From: Schmidtea polychroa | Lineage: Eukaryota | Length of the DNA stretch: 64,000 bases | NCBI GenBank assembly: GCA_044892525.1 | Contig: CM097885.1 | Coordinates: 17,610,001-17,674,000, forward strand | Direction: 5' to 3' | Part shown: positions 37,971-50,220 of the stretch, in pieces | Position numbering within the stretch: the stretch's first letter is position 1 | Layout of the letters: every line of letters starts with the position of its first letter | Position numbers and translations under genes: made by a program | The notes under the pieces: generated by a model | Database searches by the model: none | What the model was told of the DNA's origin: nothing | What the model saw: the letters and a program-made list of their open reading frames with translations, nothing else

Positions 37971-38726
37971 TCAGACCTGTTTCAAATGTAAATACATTGA
38001 AATCTCTTCTCCATTAAAATCAATCAATTCTCCTTCTTGATTAAGAATTTTAAAATTAATATCCATTATATATTTTCTACATAAAGGTAAATAATTTGGA
38101 GGATTCATTCTTTCAACTATTTTATATCCCATAGGAACTGTGTTTGAGGGAAAGGAATATAAAACATTTGTTTGTTTACCATTATTATAAGAACCAGTTA
38201 TACAATCGCAATGAATATTTATTGTGTTTGTATTTATTATTTTTATAATATTTTCTGATGTAACTACAGGTGTGATATAATGGTTTCGTGTAAATCCTAA
38301 AATTGTTCTAAAGAAACTATTATTTTGAAAATGAATTCCTATATTCTCTAAAGTCATTATACATTTTGAAGTTGGTAAATCCATTTTAATTTTAATGACT
38401 CCATTTGTTTTTTTAGAAAGTATATTATTTAAATCTTTTATCTCATAAGCTCCGGGTTCGATTGTTATTATAATCTTATCTGTAGATTTTGGGCTTATAT
38501 AATAAAATATGTTATTATCTTTAGTTATATTAAAAATAGTATTATAAGCACAAAACCATAATAGTCCTAATTCATAATTTAAATTTTGATCTAATTTAAT
38601 TTAATCTTGAAAGTTTATAGTAAAGTCTGATTCTTTTGAATTTATAGATAAAGTTCTTGAATATTTATCTGACATTATGTTTACCATTTTTTTTAAATTA
38701 TCTTCCGGAAGGTTGCGAAGCTCCAT
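37971..38726 (-). pseudogene. Minor capsid (penton-like) protein with one in-frame stop at 38601-38603
   Basis: INIHCDCITGSY.NG...VLYSF...GYKIVE and NQEGELIDFNGE..LHLK. The frame continues upstream to the ATG at 38726. Confidence 0.87.
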
Positions 38727-38728
38727 TT

Positions 38729-39160
38729 TCATAGTATAGATTTTAAATCATTATAAATTTCTTGGATTAAGGAAGTGAAACCTTCTCCTTTGGATTTATT
38801 CAATCTATACAAAACATATAAGCTTAAAATACCACATATTTTAGTATTATTAGGTTGAACTTGTAAAGAATTAAAAGTGTAGTCCGAGAGATAGTCTTCA
38901 ACTTCTTTAGTGGGTTTAATCCCAAAAGAATCAAAGTATATAGATTTATTATATATACAAACCCAATGAGATCCTTTTTCATTTGAATTTTGATAATTTA
39001 TAATGATATTCTTTGGAGTGTCTTCTTTCAGACTCGACAATTCATCATTCATTAATATTTTTATTTTTAAATTTAAATAATCTGCATAATCTTTTAAATC
39101 AAAATTTGTTTTTGTATTTATTCCAAATGTTTTTAAAAAATCTAATATTGAAGGAGTCAT
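38729..39160 (-). CDS. Adenain-like cysteine protease
   Basis: GSHWVC, YFDSFG and Q...ICG. Confidence 0.93.
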   Translation of the reverse strand: MTPSILDFLKTFGINTKTNFDLKDYADYLNLKIKILMNDELSSLKEDTPKNIIINYQNSNEKGSHWVCIYNKSIYFDSFGIKPTKEVEDYLSDYTFNSLQVQPNNTKICGILSLYVLYRLNKSKGEGFTSLIQEIYNDLKSIL

Positions 39161-39182
39161 TTTATATTTTATAACTTTGTAT

Positions 39183-39980
39183 TTATAACTTCGTATACTT
39201 ATTAAATTTATCTTTTGAAATTATTCCTTGTTTTAATAATTCTTTAGAAATCTTTAAAATATCAGAATCTAAATTATTATGTCCTGCTTTTTTAGCTGCT
39301 AATAGTTTTCTTAATTCAATAAAAAGATTGATTGGGTTTATCTCCTTACCCTTTCCCTGGCCCTGACCCTGGCCCTCTCCTTCTGTGACAATATAACCCC
39401 TTTCATTTTTATTTAAATATTTCTTTAAATCTTGAATATGTTTTGCTTTAGCACTACCATGTACTAATTCTATTAAATTTAAATATTTTTTAATTTCTAG
39501 AAGATCAACATTCTCTGAGGGATATCCACAAACTAATCCATAAAAATCATCTGTAAATTCAAAATCTAGGTGTTTAGTATTATAAACATTTTGTGAATGA
39601 ATACGTGATTTATTTTCTGAATTTAAATATAACAGAAAGTCATGTTTATTAATTGTTATTATTTGATATCCTTCAACATTAATATTAAATGTAGGTTTAA
39701 TTGTTTTACTTAAACTCACATTAATTTTAGGATCAAGTATAAGAGGTTTTATATTTAAATCTCCCAACCATGGTAATTCTTTTAAATCTTGTTTATCTTC
39801 CAACTCTTTAAATTTTAAAACTTCTAACTCTTTTATGGCTTTAATTGTTGGTCCTTGTTGTTGTTGGATTACCTCATTTAATATTATAGATTCAGCGTGT
39901 TGAGTTGTATCTTTTTTATTATATTTATCTTGTTCTGATTGTAATTTTTTTAAAAGTGCTAATCTTTCTTCATATACCAT
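39183..39980 (-). CDS. Polinton conserved hypothetical protein
   Basis: Contains GEG/GQG/GKG repeats. The C-terminal LLAAKKAGHNN...ELLKQGII is recalled as a motif of Polinton accessory proteins. Confidence 0.7.
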   Translation of the reverse strand: MVYEERLALLKKLQSEQDKYNKKDTTQHAESIILNEVIQQQQGPTIKAIKELEVLKFKELEDKQDLKELPWLGDLNIKPLILDPKINVSLSKTIKPTFNINVEGYQIITINKHDFLLYLNSENKSRIHSQNVYNTKHLDFEFTDDFYGLVCGYPSENVDLLEIKKYLNLIELVHGSAKAKHIQDLKKYLNKNERGYIVTEGEGQGQGQGKGKEINPINLFIELRKLLAAKKAGHNNLDSDILKISKELLKQGIISKDKFNKYTKL

Positions 39981-40002
39981 TTTAATGGTATTAAAAATGG
40001 TA

Positions 40003-40605
40003 TCATTTTGGTAAAGGATCCGTTGGAAAGGATTTCAAGTATAAACCTTTACCATTTTTAATTTTACAAAGACATCCATTCTTTAAAGATTTACATATTT
40101 TTTTAAAATCATCTTTATCTTTTGAAGATAAAGATTCAGATGATGAAATTTGATTTTTTAAAAAATCATTTAAACCACGGCCTTTATAAGGATCAAGATA
40201 GAGACCCCTTCCCTGAGACTTTTGCAGACTCCCCTCATATGGATTAAGATAGAGACCCTTTCCAACGGACACTCCCCCTTTAGCTTGATCCTTCTTCATT
40301 GAATCGATTTCAGTTTGTAGTTTTTCTTTTTCTAGGTCTGTCTTTTGAGATTCTTTAGCTTTTTGAACTGTAGTTGCAATTCCTCCAGCTATTCCAGCAG
40401 CACCTGATAGTCCGGCAATGATTGCAGGTATTAAAGCAGCTAATGGAAGAATGCCACCTTCTTTAGCTTCGTGGAGCTTCGCTCTAACTTGTTCTTTTAC
40501 ATGTTTTCCAATAAAATATTTTTTACCAGAGATTACTACTGATTTATTCTTGTCTGAATTTATTAATTCTTGCAAAAATTCCTCTGTAGGGTTTTGTGTT
40601 GTCAT
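40003..40605 (-). CDS. Putative protease-processed, membrane-active core protein
   Basis: KEGG-ILPLAALIPAIIAGLSGAAGIAGGIA amphipathic segment and repeated G(K/R)GL(YL) motifs. Confidence 0.72.
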   Translation of the reverse strand: MTTQNPTEEFLQELINSDKNKSVVISGKKYFIGKHVKEQVRAKLHEAKEGGILPLAALIPAIIAGLSGAAGIAGGIATTVQKAKESQKTDLEKEKLQTEIDSMKKDQAKGGVSVGKGLYLNPYEGSLQKSQGRGLYLDPYKGRGLNDFLKNQISSSESLSSKDKDDFKKICKSLKNGCLCKIKNGKGLYLKSFPTDPLPK

Positions 40606-40620
40606 TTTATAATAAATAAA

Positions 40621-41400
40621 ATGGATATTTGGAAACCAATTTTAAATAGACATAAGAGTAAATTTAATAATAAAGTATTTCCTGATAATTTTAGATGCTT
40701 AATTATTGGATCTTCTGGATGTGGAAAGAATGTTCTTCTTTTGAGGATGTTATTAGAAGATGGTTTTTTAGATTATAATAATTTAATCTTTTATTCTACA
40801 ACCATTAACCAACCAGAATTACAACTTTTGAAATGTGGATTTGAAAATAAATTAACTAAAAAAGCTATAATTGATATTTTTAAAAATCAACATACATATC
40901 CCGAAGAGGTTTTTCATCCTTGTGATATGGTTGATTGGTACAAGGAAAAGATTTTAGAATCAGATATTAGTAATAAAAATGATTATATAGGGGATGGAAT
41001 CCAGATCTTATTCTCTAATAAACCTGAAGATGTTTTACATTGTGATTTACTTCCTAAAGATAAAAAGAATCTAGTTATATTTGATGATGTTGTTAACATG
41101 AAAAATCAAGAGATTCAAAAGAGTTACTTTACACGAGGTAGACATAATAATTGTAATGTTATTTATATATCTCAAACATATTATGCTTTAGATAAAAACT
41201 CTATAAGAAATAATTCTAATTGTTTTATATTTTTTAAATTAGACAAGCGTGATAAGAATATGATTTATAATGATTTATTTTCAAATGTTGAACCTGATAA
41301 GAATATGTTTGATATGTTTGTTGATAATCATTGGAAAGAAAAATATAATTATATTTATTTGGATAGAGAAGAAGCTGAAATGTGGAAAAGTTTATTTTAG
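40621..41400 (+). CDS. FtsK/A32-like packaging ATPase (inner Polinton)
   Basis: Walker A GSSGCGKN, Walker B LVIFDD, FTRGRH and YISQ...IRNN. Confidence 0.93.
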   Translation: MDIWKPILNRHKSKFNNKVFPDNFRCLIIGSSGCGKNVLLLRMLLEDGFLDYNNLIFYSTTINQPELQLLKCGFENKLTKKAIIDIFKNQHTYPEEVFHPCDMVDWYKEKILESDISNKNDYIGDGIQILFSNKPEDVLHCDLLPKDKKNLVIFDDVVNMKNQEIQKSYFTRGRHNNCNVIYISQTYYALDKNSIRNNSNCFIFFKLDKRDKNMIYNDLFSNVEPDKNMFDMFVDNHWKEKYNYIYLDREEAEMWKSLF

Positions 41401-41411
41401 GGCTTGTCGAC

Positions 41412-42800
41412 TTAAAAATCTGTTTTCTGTAACTCATTATTATAAAATCTACCTAATATTTTTTCATTATTTAAATCGATGATACCATATGTTATTGGAG
41501 TTGTATGATGTATTTTATTTATAATAAAAATTTCATTTGTCCATTTTGCTGTGAATCCTTTTTCAAATTTATTTTTATATTTAAATATTCTTACGCGGTC
41601 ACCAATTTTAAATTTTGGTTTTATAGGGGTTGTATCAACAATAACATCATTTTCAATATTTACCACTTTAATGGTTTCAGGCTTCATGGAAGCATTTAAG
41701 GGTGTTGATTTTATAGAACTATGTACATCATTATTATATTCATTTACAATCTTTTGTAACAATTCATTATTCCATTTTTGTTTTCCAATAGCAGTAAAAT
41801 ATTTCCACATTTTATATTTTAATGTTCTATTTAATCTTTCAACTACGACTGCTTTTCCTTCGTTTTCTGTTGAATATAATTTAATATCATTTTCATTTAA
41901 AAACTTTGTAAAAACTTTGTTATAAAATTCTGTTCCTTTATCACACCATAAATATTTTGGAATTCTTTGATATTCTTCAAATATATTTTCAAATGCTTCT
42001 GTAATTGAATATCCTGTTTTATTTTCTAAACACCTTGCAAAAGCAAATCTTGTATATAAATCTATTACTGTTAAAATTATTTTATATTTTTCAGGGTCTG
42101 ATGATTTGGGCATAAAGACTAAATCAGCAGACCATGTTTGATCTTTTTCATGTACTTGAACTTTTAAATATTTTTTATTTTTTCTAAATTCATGGTGTAA
42201 TTCGTTGGCATATTTTATTTCTGATTCTGTTGGGTTTTGTAAGGGTTTATTCTCAAAGAGTTGATTCTCAAGGGATCTTTCAACGTCTGCTTGTTCAATA
42301 ATCCTTTTATTAGCAACATCTTTTGCTTTTCTAGGAAGTCCTGCTCCTATGAAAATCTTACCTTTCATTGCTAATTTAACTAGAGCTCTTTGAATCTTTT
42401 CTTGGGTTGATGGGTTTTGTATATTATTTAAATCATGTATTAAATTCACATCAGCAACATGTCTATCTCTAAGATCTTCTGAATTGTAAGCAATATCATG
42501 TTTTAAAGCTGCTTGGTCGATTCTATTTATTGGTTCTTCTCCTTGTTTAGGATTATTATTTTCATCTAATCTAATATCTAATCTTGTTCCTGGCCCAGTA
42601 TAATTGTGTTTAAATAAATGTCTTTTACCTGGATATTTTTCTGTAGTAAAAGGTTTTAATATTGAAGATGTTGTTTTTGAAGATTGTAGATCACCTCCTG
42701 TAATATCAACTCTCGTATGTTTTTTAGTTTTGAGATGACTTGCTTTGTGATGTCTTGTAACTTGACAATTACAACTTTCACATGTCCAATATTTACTCAT
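41412..42800 (-). CDS. Zinc finger + parvovirus-type PLA2 domain + retroviral-type integrase fusion
   Basis: NYTGPG...PINRIDQAALKHDIAY is the PLA2 motif. WSADL, WCDKGTEF and VERLNRTLK give an intact DDE triad. Confidence 0.92.
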   Translation of the reverse strand: MSKYWTCESCNCQVTRHHKASHLKTKKHTRVDITGGDLQSSKTTSSILKPFTTEKYPGKRHLFKHNYTGPGTRLDIRLDENNNPKQGEEPINRIDQAALKHDIAYNSEDLRDRHVADVNLIHDLNNIQNPSTQEKIQRALVKLAMKGKIFIGAGLPRKAKDVANKRIIEQADVERSLENQLFENKPLQNPTESEIKYANELHHEFRKNKKYLKVQVHEKDQTWSADLVFMPKSSDPEKYKIILTVIDLYTRFAFARCLENKTGYSITEAFENIFEEYQRIPKYLWCDKGTEFYNKVFTKFLNENDIKLYSTENEGKAVVVERLNRTLKYKMWKYFTAIGKQKWNNELLQKIVNEYNNDVHSSIKSTPLNASMKPETIKVVNIENDVIVDTTPIKPKFKIGDRVRIFKYKNKFEKGFTAKWTNEIFIINKIHHTTPITYGIIDLNNEKILGRFYNNELQKTDF

Positions 42801-42829
42801 TTTAAAAGTTTTTTTATGGGGGAATCTAC

Positions 42830-44125
42830 TTATGAAGAATCTCCCCTAACATTTTCAATAATTGAAATCTTTCCACCATATAATTTCATTTCTATTTTCT
42901 TTTCTTCTAATATTAATGTATATACTTTAGCTTTAAAATTAGAATCCTTTGTTATATGAAGTGTAACATCAACATTATTTATAGCTAGGCGATCATCTTG
43001 GTCTGATACATTTATACAAAATATAGAATATAAATTTTTGAAATCTTCTAAACTTAATTGCGGTTCAACTTTGAAATCATAACATGTTTCAATATAATTT
43101 AGATATGGGAATATGTTTTCATTATTTTCAATATTAAATTCCATTCTATTTATTGGATAATAAGAACTATTTAATTGAATTTGGATTGTTTTTAAATTAT
43201 CATCTCCAATCTTTTGAATAAATAGATTGTTATTTTTTTGGAAAGATGAATCTACTTCTTTGAATCCAATCAAGATATATCTTGGTCGGTATGCTAAATT
43301 TGCCACCTTTATAGAATATGTTGAACCCTCTGTCATACTAAATTCACTACAGATTCTATTTAAATAATTTACATTTATAGACTTGTTGGAATTTAATCTT
43401 TCAAGGAGTTTGATTTCAGAATGTGGGTTTAATGTCCATTCAGGTATATGCAATTCAAGTGTTGATAATTTTAATTTAGCTGTTGTGTCTGCAGCTCCAT
43501 AGAACAATCTTTTATCACCTTCTACTCTATTACAGATGAGTTCTATAAAAACATTATGAAGTACACGGTTATAATTTTGAAGGAATCCAAATAAGTGTTT
43601 TAATTCAAAATAACCTTCAAATTTTTTCAACTTAAAAAGTTCAACTCTTTTATAGTAAGCATAATTTATATCTAAACCATCTTTATCTAAATCCCCTTTA
43701 TTAACATCAGGAATCCAACCTGTTAATTCACCATATTCGTTTTTATAATCACAACCAGTTAAAATAAAATTTAACATTGTAGAATATACTCCTGGATGCA
43801 AAACAGTTTCAATTTCTGATGATCCTAGTTTTAATCTCATGTTGGAGAATAAATTTGGAAAGAAATTATTTTCTAGGGTTATATCTTTGTTTGCTTCAAT
43901 TTCGAATTCAATTTTATAATATAATTTGGCATTACAAATATCTATTGGGTTTGATGTTTGAAGAGATTGAAAAACTATATCACCCCTACGATTTAAGTTT
44001 GCAATAGATCCTGAAGTTGGCGAGATTTTTAAAATATCATTTTTCTTGATTTCATGAGTAAATTCTTTATTATAATCAAGATTTAATTTATTTTTTTCTT
44101 GAATTTTAAGATTTATATTATTCAT
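42830..44125 (-). CDS. Major capsid protein (double jelly-roll, inner Polinton)
   Basis: 431 aa with RPRYILIGF, IQLNSSYYP and YSIFCINVSDQ. Size and position also fit. Confidence 0.88.
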   Translation of the reverse strand: MNNINLKIQEKNKLNLDYNKEFTHEIKKNDILKISPTSGSIANLNRRGDIVFQSLQTSNPIDICNAKLYYKIEFEIEANKDITLENNFFPNLFSNMRLKLGSSEIETVLHPGVYSTMLNFILTGCDYKNEYGELTGWIPDVNKGDLDKDGLDINYAYYKRVELFKLKKFEGYFELKHLFGFLQNYNRVLHNVFIELICNRVEGDKRLFYGAADTTAKLKLSTLELHIPEWTLNPHSEIKLLERLNSNKSINVNYLNRICSEFSMTEGSTYSIKVANLAYRPRYILIGFKEVDSSFQKNNNLFIQKIGDDNLKTIQIQLNSSYYPINRMEFNIENNENIFPYLNYIETCYDFKVEPQLSLEDFKNLYSIFCINVSDQDDRLAINNVDVTLHITKDSNFKAKVYTLILEEKKIEMKLYGGKISIIENVRGDSS

Positions 44126-44161
44126 TTATATAATAAAAATTTAAAAAATGATAAAAATCCG

Positions 44162-44244
44162 AACTCCGATAGCGCAGTGGGCTAGACTGGCACAGTGGTT
44201 CAAATGGATAGCGGTTCAAATCCTAACTACGGTTAGTTTTTTTT
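44162..44244 (+). ncRNA. Putative Pol III small RNA, copy 1
   Basis: A boxes TAGCGCAGTGG and TGGCACAGTGG, B box GGTTCAAATCC and a T8 terminator. Confidence 0.6.
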
Positions 44245-44394
44245 AACATAAAATAATATTAAAAATTTGAAAATAATATTGAAAATGGTGTGGGTATCTT
44301 AGATTTATATTTTATTTTATTTATTTTTATTTTATTTTATTTATTTTATTTTATTTTTTTATTAATTAAAAATTTAAAAAATGATAAAAATCCG

Positions 44395-44477
44395 AACTCC
44401 GATAGCGCAGTGGGAATAGACTGGCACAGTGGTTCAAATGCTAGCGGTTCAAATCACGTCTGAGGTTAGTTTTTTTT
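44395..44477 (+). ncRNA. Putative Pol III small RNA, copy 2
   Basis: Diverged tandem copy (~233 bp unit) with the same A boxes, GGTTCAAATCA and a T8 terminator. Confidence 0.55.
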
Positions 44478-45100
44478 CAACATAAAATAATATTAAAAAT
44501 TTGAAAATAATATTGAAAATAATTTTTGAAAATAAATATTAAAAAAATATATAGTGTGGGTATCTTAGGAAATAAATCTTGTTTATTTTATTTATTTATT
44601 AATTAATTAATTTTTAAACATAAATATGAAAAAAAAAATATTGAAACGGGTGTGGTGGCGAACCGGTAATTATCGCCACCAGTCTTTCGAACACCCCCGG
44701 ATCGATTCTATAATGTGCACATTTATTTCTTGGTTGTTTTCGGACCTCTTTCGGATTCGCTTTCGAATTCATTTGTACTTTCGAGCAGCACACTTAAAAC
44801 GCCGATGAAATCGACTTCGTGAGCGAGAAGCGAATAATAAGGTGTGCTGCTATTATCGAATTGATTCTGATATATGAGTCTGGCCAGCTTGTATATTGGA
44901 AGAGATTTGATAAACGAAAGAGGTTGAAATAAAAAAAAAATGATCCGGATCAAAAAAAACTGTTGAGAGGACAGTGAAAAAAAAATACCACTGTCCTCCC
45001 AGAGCAGTTTTACTATTTTCATAAAATTTTTTATTCTTCAAGATTAAGATTTATAAAATTATAAATTAGTCAAATAGCAACTTGCTAGTTGACATCCTCA

Positions 45101-45366
45101 AGTAGTGTGTTTATATCCCTAACGACCGCAAGCCGACAAACGTTTTTCATAGTTTTATCAGTATTTTTTTCCCCGTTTTATTAATATTTTTGTTGTTTTT
45201 TTTAAGTCTTTATTTTGAAACCAAAATGTCTTCAGAATAAAGAAATTAAAAGATATAGGTTTTTAGGGGTTTTAAGTGTTTTTTTTTACGTTTATGGGGG
45301 AAAAATAGGTATAAAACATGAAAACAGTGGGAGGCTTGTGGTCGTTAGGGATATAAACACACTACT
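45101..45366. repeat. Right TIR of inner Polinton (itself bounded by inverted repeats)
   Basis: Starts AGTAGTGTGTTTATATCCCTAACGACC and ends GGTCGTTAGGGATATAAACACACTACT. Confidence 0.92.
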
Positions 45367-46720
45367 GATGTGACTCCCGCTGAATATGAGACAGCTCAGA
45401 GAATTTGGCTTGAAACTTCATGTACTTCACTTTTTGATTACATGATGGCTTATTTAAAACTTGATGTTTTCCTTTTAGCCGATTTTTTCCAGCAATTTAG
45501 AGCTAAGTCCATTGCTCATAACCGACTAGAGCCATTAGATTTCTTAGGTATTCCAGGTATGTCTTGGAATTCAGCCTTATTAACTTTAAACTCTCCAATT
45601 GAGCTCCTCACCGATATGGAGATGTATAACTTTTTCGAGGGCGGTATCCGTGGCGGACTAACTTTTGTAAATAAACACTATGTAAAAACAGACCCGGATA
45701 CTGCTTTGCTTTACATAGATATAAATAATTTATACGGTTGGGCTTTAAGTCAACCATTATCTTGCAGTGACTTTGAATGGGTTACTGATGATAATTTATT
45801 AAATAATATAATTGTTGAATGCACAACGGTAGATTTAGATCTGCTTAATTATGGTTATACCATAGAAGTATTATATTAACACAAATACGGCGTTACGAGC
45901 AGCGTCGGCAAATAAACTTGATAAAAGTTTTTATAGATTATTAAACAACAGTCTTTACGGCAAGACTGTTGAAAATCTTAAAAAACGTATTAATTTACGT
46001 CTGTGTAATTCTTCACAGAAATTATTAACATTCTGTTCGAAACCGACTTTTTGTAAATCCACGAAAATCGATGATGACTTGATTTCGGTTTTATTGAGGA
46101 AGGACACAGTGTGTTTGAATAGACCTAGTTACATTGGTCAAACTGTACTAGATTTATCCAAACTCAGGATGTACGAGCTGCAGTATGAAGAGTTGCAAAA
46201 ATATCTCGACGAATTCAACTGCGAAATTAATATCGTTGCTGGGGACACAGATTCCTTCTTCTTGGAAATTAAACATTGTAGTCTTGACATTCTTTTACCT
46301 GCGATGATTAGAGATCAATTATTAGATACTTCGAAATATGACCCAAATCATCTTTTATATAATAGGAACCTTGATTCTGTCATTGGTAAATTCAAAGACG
46401 AGAATAAAGGGTTATTATATAAAGATTGGGTGTTCTTGAGATCTAAATGTTACAGATTGATGGGTGATGAGGAAAGTATGAAGGCTAAGGGGATAAGTAT
46501 GAAAGATACTGGACTCACACATCAGTCGTATCTAGATTGTTATTTAAACGATAAAATATACACAGTCCCTCAGTTTAGAATAACATCAAAAAAATCACCA
46601 ACTTTTTAGTATTAAAAATAATAAAAGAACCTTGGCATGTAGAAATGATAAGCGAAATTAGGTGGATAAAAATCAAAGTTTGGCATATGGCCATTATAGG
46701 GGCGGTGACACCGATATATT
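45367..46720 (+). pseudogene. pPolB 3' part (outer Polinton; deletion and frameshifts)
   Basis: YLKLDVFLLAD, GIRGG, YIDINNLYG, LLNNSLYGKTVEN, AGDTDS and YGHY. It rejoins the 5' part in frame as PIWKDV-TPAEY. Confidence 0.92.
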
Positions 46721-46924
46721 TATAGATTCAACGGAAGCTATCTCAGCAGATGATCCAGATGATTTCCTTGATCCAGCAGATGATAATTATTTTGGACATG
46801 ATTATTTTCGATGATGTGGTTAAATTATTTAATAATTGTATTGATTTTATTGTCTTGAATATTTTTAACAGTACCTTTGCGAGCAGTACATTAGTAACCT
46901 TTACCTTTGTGACCATTACCCAAT

Positions 46925-47791
<867 letters not shown>

Positions 47792-48811
47792 TATTATTTC
47801 AGGTTCTTTGAACTCAATAATAATTTTGTCAGTATATGCTTCTTCTGATAATCCTAAACTAGTAGCCAAAATTTACTAAATTGAACTTTACTGACAACAT
47901 CTTCCAATATAATTTTAACTCTTTTTCCTTTGAATTTATTGAAAAGAGAGTTTGAAGACTATAAATCAGTAATATATCGATGTTTGTTGATAATCGCAAA
48001 TTTTCGGCACTGCCTTTTTCAAGTGAATTTTCCTTGAAAATATTCACTTGAAAAAGGCAGTGCCGAAAATTCTTGAGTATCAACAAACATCGATATTTTA
48101 CAGAGTTATAGTCTTCAAACTCTCTTTTTAATAAATTCAATGGAAAAAATAATCAGTGGTGAAATTGGAAGAAATATAAGTTCTAATAATAAAACTCTTT
48201 CCGTTTTGAATTTCACTTGATTTAAATGGACGAGGATAAAAGATCGATAATTGATCATTTATTTGATATACAAAATATTTTTTCAATCTTTCTCTTAAAG
48301 TTCGATCAAATCATTCTACATGAGGTTAAAATACCGATTAATGATTTATTCTTTTGATATCCTCTAACTTTGTTATAAAATTCTATATCTAATTATTCAC
48401 TTAAAATTTAATTTAATTTAATTTAATTATTCAAATTAGTTTGTAAATTACTAGGTTGACCATCATCAAACATTTGTTTTATTCATCAGCCATTTCATTA
48501 GTATATTTGGTTTTTGTAGGGAAAAGCGCGCGTATCTATTAAAAATACCAATGTAAGTCAAAATATATTTGTATCATTTGTAGATTTTCGAATAAGGAAT
48601 CATTTCCATCAAATCCATTTACCATAAATCATTGATTCCAAATGTTTTGTACAGCCTTGTTGGGATTCGCTTCACCATTGGTTTATTTAAATTATAGATG
48701 ACCATTTCTGAGTTTCTTTCTTTGAATTATTCACTCGTTTGGTTAATTTTCAGTGATTTTGATTGGTTGATAGACTATAAATGTAAAAGAAAGGTTTTGA
48801 TTTGATACACC

Positions 48812-49312
48812 ATGAAAACTATATTCATATTGCTAATTATTATAACGAGTGTGTGCTCACACAATACAACAATAACAGTGAAGTCTTTTAATAAATCAAT
48901 ATGTGTTTGTCCGAATACCGCCAAGTTGATGGATATTTTATATATCCTCGATAAACCAAATTGGTCAAAGCATCCAGGAAAAAGAATATCTCAAAGATTG
49001 GAGAATTTAGAAAACAGTTATGAACTATCATTTGCATATATACAAAATATAAAAATTAAATTGATTGATCATATTGAAGTTTTCAATAACTCTATTGTTG
49101 AAAATAAGAAGAATATGAAAATTATTGATAAGAAGCATGATTATTTGTTAAAAAAGATTGAATTATTATTAAGAGAAATTAAAACAATCAAAGGATCAAT
49201 AGAATATCTGAAAATCAATTCAACGTTACCAATTTCAAACAATAATGCTGCGAATAGTAGTACATCAATATTAGGTTTACCTTTGTTAGTTTTACATTAT
49301 TTTTTTGTTTAA
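48812..49312 (+). CDS. Predicted secreted or GPI-anchored coiled-coil protein
   Basis: Signal-peptide-like N-terminus, heptad-rich middle and hydrophobic C-terminus. TATAAA lies ~35 nt upstream and AATAAA directly after the stop. Confidence 0.65.
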   Translation: MKTIFILLIIITSVCSHNTTITVKSFNKSICVCPNTAKLMDILYILDKPNWSKHPGKRISQRLENLENSYELSFAYIQNIKIKLIDHIEVFNNSIVENKKNMKIIDKKHDYLLKKIELLLREIKTIKGSIEYLKINSTLPISNNNAANSSTSILGLPLLVLHYFFV

Positions 49313-49453
49313 ATAAATGTATGTTTTGTTGATTTGTTTAATAATACCCTTGTGAGTTGTTGAGCGTGAGCAATACCCTTTTGAGCATTACCCATTGGGG
49401 GAGAAAATATTTTGTCGGATAAACTCGGGGCAGTACCCTTGCGAGCAATACCC

Positions 49454-49723
<270 letters not shown>

Positions 49724-49899
49724 TAAAGTCTTACCTGATTGGGTGAATGATAAATCACCCGCAAATTTCTTCATAAAATTTGCTATAAATTTGCTATAAA
49801 TTAGTGTCTGACTAAAAAATTAATAACTTTTATACCACTAGTGATAAAATTTATTTCTATAGCTCAAAAGATTTGTCTTCGTCTGAGCTTCAAAATGAA

Positions 49900-50187
49900 C
49901 TATAAATTGTTAAAATAATTTGAGATTTAGACTAAGTTTTGGACTGACGAAAAGTAGGACTCCGCGAGCACAGATAATAATATTTTTGAAAAATAATAAT
50001 AATTTTTTATGAGTCATCGGATGAGTCATCGTCTTTGTTCTAGACGAGTGATGAGTCATCGGATGAGTCATTGCCTTTCTTCTCAAGTTGACCTTGAAAA
50101 AAAATTTTTTTTTTAATTTTTCCGGCCGGGGGGGGGGGGGGCACTGTGCTCGCGGAGTCCTGTTTTCCCGGTGCCCAAACCACCTAC

Positions 50188-50188
<1 letters not shown>
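49900..50188 (-). mobile_element. Orphan Polinton-type terminus
   Basis: TTTTCCGGCCG(n)...CGGTGCCCAAACCACCTACT parallels the right end of the 20664-26736 element. Confidence 0.6.

Positions 50189-50220
<32 letters not shown>

Larger units (their letters stand above)
31216..45366. mobile_element. Inner Polinton/Maverick (14.15 kb) inserted in the outer pPolB gene
   Basis: AGTAGTGTGT... / ...ACACACTACT ends, 6 bp GATGTG TSD (31210-31215, 45367-45372) and a full core gene set. Confidence 0.96.

Noticed and set aside
44162..44477. Canonical tRNA genes
   Set aside because: A and B boxes are present but doubled, and no anticodon arm or 7 bp acceptor stem could be built.
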